Of a DNA stretch of 22,997 bases, positions 15,054 through 22,997 are shown piece after piece. Source of the stretch: Eledone cirrhosa. Its lineage: Eukaryota. The stretch is from contig CAXHJY010000240.1 in NCBI GenBank assembly GCA_964016885.1, positions 1 to 22,997 of the forward strand, written 5' to 3'. A program made the translations under genes and the position numbers. The notes under the pieces were generated by a model. That model saw only the letters and a program-made list of their open reading frames with translations. It was not told where the DNA came from and ran no database searches. How positions within the stretch are numbered: position 1 is the stretch's first letter; each line of letters starts with the position of its first letter.

Positions 15054-16916
15054 TCAGGATTTGGGCACCATGGCCCATTCGAGAAGAGAATTACTGTTTG
15101 CGGAGACATATCCGGGTGTGGGTGGTTTGTCCGGGATAACTTGGAGGAATTTGTCCAAAGACTTCTTGAATTTTGTGTGGTCAGTTTCTGTTTTGACGTG
15201 TCCTGGTGTGATGTTGAAGAGAGCAGGGCCGATTGAGGTGAAATAATTGTGCCGTATTGTTGTTATGAGTTGCGATTTAGATTTTTGAATGGGACGGATA
15301 GCACGGGGCCCAAGCCTTGGGTGTATCTTGAAGGCGATGCCAACATCATTTGGGCAGTGATGATGGAACATTTTCCACATCATGCAGATAATATAACGCT
15401 CACGGCGACGTTGGAGTGAGTAAAGTTTCAGGTTTTCTAGTCGACCCCAGTAGTCAAGGTCTGACATGCCATCTATCTTTTTCGTGATTGCCCTTTGAGG
15501 AGCTTCAAGTTTCATGATACTTTGTTTCGTGTGGGGAGACCACAGTGGACAACAGTATTCAAGGTGTGGTCGGGCAAAAGTAGAGAAGAGAAGGATAATG
15601 GTGTGGGAATCTCTCGACTGGAAGGTTCTGAGGATCCAGGAACACATTCTGCGGGCCATGTCAACTTTGCTGCTTATATGCGTGGCCCAGCTTATGTTGC
15701 TGTCCACGGTTACTCCCAAGTCACTGATGTTGTTAGATGCCACGAGAGTTTCCCCGGAGGGAAGGGAGTACGGGAGTTTCAGAGCATCCTCTTTTCCAAA
15801 GTGGATCAGTTCGAATTTGTCTTCGTTCAGTAACATGTTGTTCTTTTCCGACCATTGGGTAACAGCCAGTAGGTCTGACTGAAGGCTTATCCGGTCATCC
15901 ACGCCATTGATGACCTTTTGGAGCTTGGAATCATCAGCGAAAATTTTAATGTTGCTGTGTTTGATGATGTCAGTGATGTCATTAATATAGATGATGAAGA
16001 GAAGTGGGCCCAACACAGTGCCTTGTGGGACCCCACTACTGACTTTGGCTGGGCTGGATTTGACTCCTTCAACTACAACATGTTGGGTTCTATTTGACAG
16101 GAAGCTCTTGATTCACTGCAGCAGCTTTCCAGTGACACCAATATTGGACAGCTTTCTCAGTAGAATGTTATGATCAACCCTGTCAAAGGCCTTGCTGAAA
16201 TCAAGGTAGATAACATCAGTGTTGGAACCCTCTCCCAAGGCTCTCAAAATGTCATCAAAGTGATGCAGTAGCTGCGTCAGGCAATCCATTCCATTAAGGA
16301 ATCCATGCTGGTTGGAGTTCAGCATATTGTTACTCTCAAGGAAGTGGGTCATTCGCGATCTCACCACTCTCTCAAATACCTTAATGATATGAGAGGTGAG
16401 TGAGATTGGACGGTAATTCACGGCAAGGGATTTGTTTCCCTTTTTGAAAACTGGGACAACAGACTGGGATAGAAGGTTTTCTGGCACATATCCAGCATCC
16501 AGTGAGTTCCGCCACAGATTGGCAAGAGGAGATGCAAGTTGGTGTTGACACGCCTTCAAGACACAAGCAGGGAACCTATCGGGACCTACTGCTAGGTAGG
16601 TGTAATGGGGAGTAACATCGCCGATACAGCCCAGATCGGCTATATCAGGATTGCTGAAAACAGAGCAGTATTGTTTCTGCAGTATCTCACCCATGGTTTT
16701 AGCATTGTCTTGAAGAGTGCCATTTTCATCAATTAGAGGGCCAACAGTAGAGCCAGTGATTTTGTGTTTTTTTGCAAATGAAAAGAACACTTTGGGATTG
16801 AGTTTGATCTTCTCAATGGCCCAGGCCTCTTCAGCTCTTCTCTGATTGTTGATGAGGGACATTATGTTGTTTTGGAGGTTATGTTTTTTAATCTCTAGTG
16901 ATGAAATGGCAGTCAA
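15054..16916 (-). pseudogene. LINE ORF2 reverse transcriptase region
   Basis: NYRPISLTS, NQHGF, YLDFSKAFDRVDH, GVPQGTVLGPLLFIIYINDI, FADDSK, RPHLEYCCPLWSP, LQRRRER. In-frame TGA at 16113-16115 where Trp is expected, and an apparent deletion near 16600. Confidence 0.93.
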
Positions 16917-16959
16917 GTTGATGTGTTGCTGCTGACAGTATTTCAGCTTGTTGATTTTT

Positions 16960-17960
16960 TTTGTTCGTTCTCTTAATTTTTCTGATGAGCGTTTTTCTAT
17001 TTCTAGGGATTCTGCTCTTAGATTTGTTTATAGTTCTTAATGGGGTGTGTGTTGCACATATGTTTGTAACAGTGTCCACAAATGTCTGCCAGGACTTTTT
17101 GATGTTAGTGGGTGTATGAGTGTGCGTGAAGGACCAGTCGACATGTGCAAGATCATGACTGATCGCTTCCCAGTTTGCATTGTGGAAATCCATAGCGTCA
17201 AACGGATGGACAGGAGAGATGACATTGGGTTTGTATATTGGACGGTGGAATCTCAGATCACAGAGAACCATGTCATGATCAGAGAGTAGAGTTTTCTCCA
17301 CTGCAATATTGTGGATATTGTCAGTGTGATTGCTGAAAATTAAGTCTAGGACGTTTTTGTGGCACCTCGTTGGTTCGAGCACCAGTTGGGATAGGAAGAA
17401 ATCATCCATGAAGTCAAGAAGCGATTCCACTGCTTCCCTGTCAGAGGTTGAGGCAGAAGAACCTGGTGGCAGGCTGTTTGTGGACCAGTCAACTCCGGGG
17501 AGGTTGAAGTCCCCCATCATTAAGATGTTGTCAGGGTGACACTCTTGGATGAAACACTTTATGCTGTTGAGGCATTCCTTGAAGCATGGTACAGGCGTTT
17601 GGGGTGGCCTATAGAACCCAACTACTATTAGGTTGTTGGTTTGACTGAATACAGTGACTGCTTCACAGTATCTATTAGTGAATATGTTCATAGCCTCTGT
17701 TGAGAAAGAATTATGGACATAAATGGCAGTCCCGCCCTTTCTTCTGCCAGCGCGATCAGCACGGATGGCTTTGAAATTCTTCACTTTCACCTCGGCTTCC
17801 AAGTGGAGGTTACTGAGATGGGTTTCAGTGAGGACGAAGAAAGGGATGTGGTTTGGATGGACATCAATCCAGTCCTCCAGGAATTTGATCTTCCATTTTT
17901 GAGTATTGGTGGAAGGGCTGATGCCTTGGGCGTTAAGCAAAAATGTAGAGGCGAGAGTGG
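16960..17960 (-). pseudogene. LINE ORF2 apurinic-like endonuclease (APE) region
   Basis: LNAQGI, LTETHL, RADR..GGTAIYV, YRPP, GDFNLP, PTR..LDLIF, SDH. Frameshifted relative to the RT, probably at the T run near 16955. Confidence 0.92.
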
Positions 17961-18095
17961 ATGGTTTTAATTGTTTTGGTGTGTTGTTAATTTGTTTGTT
18001 TGTTAATGGCAGCAATGGGAGTTTGTGCAGTGGGGTGATAGTGGAGGGTGGTGCTGGGTGATAGCTCGAATGTTTTTTTCCAGTTCTTTTGCCAT

Positions 18096-18848
18096 ATATG
18101 TATATATATATATGTATATATATATATATAGATATATGTATATATATGTGTATGTATATATATATGTATATATATATGTATGTATATATATATGTATATA
18201 TATAGATATATATATGTATGTATATATATATGTATATATATATGTATGTATATATGTATATATATATATGTATATATATATGTATATATATGTATATATA
18301 TAGATAAATGTATATATGTGTATATATATATGTGTATATATATGTGTATATATATGTGTATATATATGTGTATATATATATGTATATATATGTATATATA
18401 TATGTATATATATATATGTATATATATATATGTGTATACATATATATGTATACATATATGTGTGTATATATATATGTATATATATATATATGTATATATA
18501 TATATGTATATATATGTATGTATATATATATATGTGTATATATGTGTATTTATATATGTATATATATATGTGTGTATATATATATATGTATATATATATA
18601 TAAATATGTATATATATGTATATATATATATATATATGTGTATATATATGTATATATATATATGTATATATATATATGTGTATATATATGTATATATATA
18701 TATGTGTGTATAATGTATATATATATATGTGTGTGTATATATATGTATATATATACATATATGTGTATATATATGTATATATATATGTGTGTGTATATAT
18801 ATATATATGTGTGTGTATATATATATGTATATATATATATGTATATAA

Positions 18849-18903
<55 letters not shown>

Positions 18904-18924
18904 CATATATATACATTTATATAC

Positions 18925-18956
<32 letters not shown>

Positions 18957-19043
18957 GTATATAAATGTATATATATGTATATATATATATGTATATATAT
19001 GTATATATATATATGTATATATATGTATATATATGTATATATG

Positions 19044-19090
<47 letters not shown>

Positions 19091-19159
19091 GTATATATGT
19101 ATATGTATATATATATATGTATATGTATGTATATATGTATATGTATATATATATGTATG

Positions 19160-19190
<31 letters not shown>

Positions 19191-19253
19191 GTAAATGTAT
19201 ATATATGTATATATATATATATATGTATACATATACATGTATATATATATATA

Positions 19254-19294
<41 letters not shown>

Positions 19295-19894
19295 GATGTA
19301 TATATGTATGTATATATATATGTATATATATATGTATGTATATATGTATATATATATATGTATATATATATGTATATATATGTATATATATAGATAAATG
19401 TATATATGTGTATATATATATGTGTATATATATGTGTATATATATGTGTATATATATGTGTATATATATATGTATATATATGTATATATATATGTATATA
19501 TATATATGTATATATATATATGTGTATACATATATATGTATACATATATGTGTGTATATATATATGTATATATATATATATGTATATATATATATGTATA
19601 TATATGTATGTATATATATATATGTGTATATATGTGTATTTATATATGTATATATATGTGTGTATATATATATATGTATATATATATATAAATATGTATA
19701 TATATGTATATATATATATATATGTGTATATATATGTATATATATATATGTATATATATATATGTGTATATATATGTATATATATATATGTGTGTATAAT
19801 GTATATATGTGTATATATATGTATATATATATGTGTGTATATATATATATATATGTGTGTGTATATATATATGTATATATATATATGTATATAA

Positions 19895-19959
<65 letters not shown>

Positions 19960-19980
19960 CATATATATACATTTATATAC

Positions 19981-20012
<32 letters not shown>

Positions 20013-20099
20013 GTATATAAATGTATATATATGTATATATATATATGTATATATATGTATATATATATATGTATATATATGTATATATATGTATATATG

Positions 20100-20148
<49 letters not shown>

Positions 20149-20217
20149 GTATATATGTATATGTATATATATATATGTATATGTATGTATATATGTATAT
20201 GTATATATATATGTATG

Positions 20218-20250
<33 letters not shown>

Positions 20251-20349
20251 GTAAATGTATATATATGTATATATATATATATATGTATACATATACATGT
20301 ATATATATATATAATATATATATATATGTATATATATATATATGTATAT

Positions 20350-20399
<50 letters not shown>

Positions 20400-20545
20400 G
20401 TATATATATATGTATATATATATATGTATATATATATGTATATATATATATGTATATATATATAGCATATATATATGTATATATATATGTATATATATAT
20501 CTATATATATATGTATATATATATGTATATATATATGTATGTATA

Positions 20546-20590
<45 letters not shown>

Positions 20591-20903
20591 ATATATATAT
20601 GTATATATATATGTATATATATATATGTATATATATATAGATATATGTATATATATGTGTATGTATATATATATGTATATATATATGTATGTATATATAT
20701 ATGTATATATATAGATATATATATGTATGTATATATATATGTATATATATATGTATGTATATATGTATATATATATATATGTATATATATATGTATATAT
20801 ATGTATATATATAGATACATGTATATATATATGTATATATATATATGTATATATATATATGTATATATATATGTATATATATATGTATATATATAGATAT
20901 ATG
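18096..20903. repeat. 2.8-kb compound (TA)n array with an internal ~1.1-kb tandem duplication
   Basis: Markers TAGATAAATG at 18301/19391 and GTAAATGTAT at 19191/20251. Confidence 0.95.
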
Positions 20904-21407
20904 TTTCTTGGTCAGTGTCCAAGTCTCAGACCCATTCAGCAGCACAGACTCCACTACAGCAATGAAGAGGCGGATTTTCAGGTCTCTACGAAGGTCCGAC
21001 TTCCACACCGATCTCAAGCTGTGACACGCCGCCCAGGCCTTGCTCTTCCTCTCAACCACATCATCCTCCCTATTCCCAATCTTTGCTCCCAAATACAGGA
21101 AGTCCTCAACCAATTCCAGCGGCTTCCCGCCTACATTAGTGATCCCCTCTGGCTTCTCAACATTCTCTACCAGATATTTTGTTTTAGTCTCATTCATTCT
21201 CAGCCCCACACTCATCGACACAGTCTCAACCTCCCGCATCAAATCCTCTGCCTCCTTCACTGTATTTGTCACCAAAACTATGTCGTCGGCAAATTCAGCA
21301 TCCGATACCTTTTTCGCCCCAACTCTCCTGCTCTGAGCCGGTGCTACAGTAAAGCCAGAGTCCTGGTGTTTCTCCATTGCAAGGCGCATACAATAGTCCA
21401 CTACGAT
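20904..21407 (-). pseudogene. RTE-clade LINE RT fragment, inverted 5' segment
   Basis: [50 protein letters not shown]. Confidence 0.9.
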
Positions 21408-21776
21408 GGTGGATGGGTGCTACACGAGAATGCTGAGGATGGCTCTGAACATTAATCAGTATACACTGAGGATGAAAATCTCAGAGCTGTATGGGAGCAT
21501 CCCAAAAGTCAGCTCAAAAGTGACACAGAGGAGACTGAGGTTGGCTGGACATGCTCACCGACATCCAGAGTTGACATTGCACTCAGTGCTCCTTTGGGAG
21601 CCCCTACATGGACACACTAGAAGAGGAAGACCAAGGTTAACATATGTTGATGTCCTAAGGACAGACACTGGTCTGTTGGAGATGCAGGATATGGCAGCGA
21701 TAATGATGGACAGAGACCGCTGGAGAGAACTCGTCCATGGATCTCGGGAATTTTACCCGCCTTAGATAGATAGATA
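21406..21776 (+). mobile_element. RTE-clade LINE 3' segment with (TAGA)n tail
   Basis: [44 protein letters not shown]; stop at 21763-65, then TAGATAGATAGA. Confidence 0.9.
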
Positions 21777-22122
21777 TATATATGTATATGTATATGTATA
21801 TAGATATATGTATATAGATATATGTATATATATATGTATATATATATATGTATATATATATGTATATAGATATATGTGTATATATATATATGTATATAGA
21901 TATGTATATATATAAATATGTATGTATATATATATATGTATATATATATATGTATGTATGTATATATGTATATGTATATATATATATGTATGTATATATA
22001 TATATGTATATATATATATGTATGTATATATATATATGTATGTATATATATATATATGTATATATATATGTGTATATATATGTATATATTTATATGTATG
22101 TATATATATATGTATGTATATA

Positions 22123-22187
<65 letters not shown>

Positions 22188-22456
22188 GTATATATATATG
22201 TGTAAGTATATATATATATATGTGTATGTATATATATATATATATGTATATATATATGTATATATATATATGTATATATATATGTATATATATGTTCATA
22301 TATAGATATATGTATATGTATATGTATATAGATATATATATTTAGATATATGTATATATATATATGTATATATATATGTATATATATATATGTATATAGA
22401 TATATGTGTATATATATATGTATATAGATATATGTATATATATAAATATGTATGTA
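21777..22456. repeat. (TA)n/(TATG)n/(TAGA) array
   Basis: Direct reading; the block near 21865-21926 recurs near 22395-22456. Confidence 0.95.
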
Positions 22457-22997
22457 TCTCTGTTTTGTTCCTGTTCAAATTTTTCCATTATATATAATAC
22501 ACGCTCACACGGCTTCCATTCATTTGGAACATAACTTAACTACCGGCTCAACCCCGATGTAATTCGTCGTGACCATTCTCCGAACTTTACACACCTTCCG
22601 ACACTTGGTCTTTCCTTCCACGCATTAACTTTGTTTGATTGTGTTACTGTACTTGTTTATTTCCGTATATGATTCTTTGCCTGTGTTCTTACAATTTTAT
22701 TTCTATGATTTTTTGTCCACGAATGCCTTTGTTTTTACCTTTATGATTTTTTGTCTTTAATTTTCCTGTGTATACTCCCCCTCCTTACGTTTTTCTGTTT
22801 CATTTTCTCCACCCCCGTCTCTGCCTATCCTTCGCACTCACTCCTTCGTTCACTCCACCCCGCTTCACACCTCTGCTTTCTCATCCCTCCCCCTGCTTTC
22901 ACCAACGCCCACCATGCCCAGCCTGAGATCCTTTCTCCACCAACTACATAATCGCCTCAAACTTTTCCTCACCCCCTCCTCCCACCCTGCTATCTCC

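Larger units (their letters stand above)
14964..18095 (-). mobile_element. CR1-group non-LTR retrotransposon (LINE), 5'-truncated and decayed
   Basis: APE and RT domains, a short 3' UTR with hairpin GGCCA-atac-TGGCC, and a tandem TTCAAAGTTA tail. Both ends lie in TA arrays. Confidence 0.92.

Noticed and set aside
15061-18000. Plus-strand ORFs over the CR1-group LINE
   Set aside because: Antisense shadows of the RT and APE coding frames.

Overview
Eukaryotic, very AT-rich, repeat-dominated window. The SINE and the compound (TA)n/(TATG)n arrays resemble octopus/cephalopod DNA, which is an inference. Over half the window is microsatellite, and all the Y/I/M/V/C-rich ORFs are artefacts of it. 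The arrays host a cluster of retroelement pieces: a 5'-truncated Penelope-like element (Cys-rich linker plus GIY-YIG endonuclease) with a minimal hammerhead ribozyme in its 3' UTR, three head-to-head fold-back elements, a 645-bp partial tandem element, a decayed CR1-group LINE (APE + RT), an RTE LINE with a twin-priming-type 5' inversion, and two near-identical copies of a short bipartite RTE-like non-autonomous element ending in a C2H2 zinc finger. Of the three fold-backs, one carries a complete hammerhead on each strand, one a half hammerhead and one a degenerate motif. Each has an unpaired 77-85 nt extension on one arm only. A probable last coding exon of a host rhodopsin-class GPCR lies at 1155-1335. 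The best candidate for a novel system is the family of palindromic, hammerhead-bearing, non-coding elements embedded in (TA)n. All structures were folded and aligned by eye.
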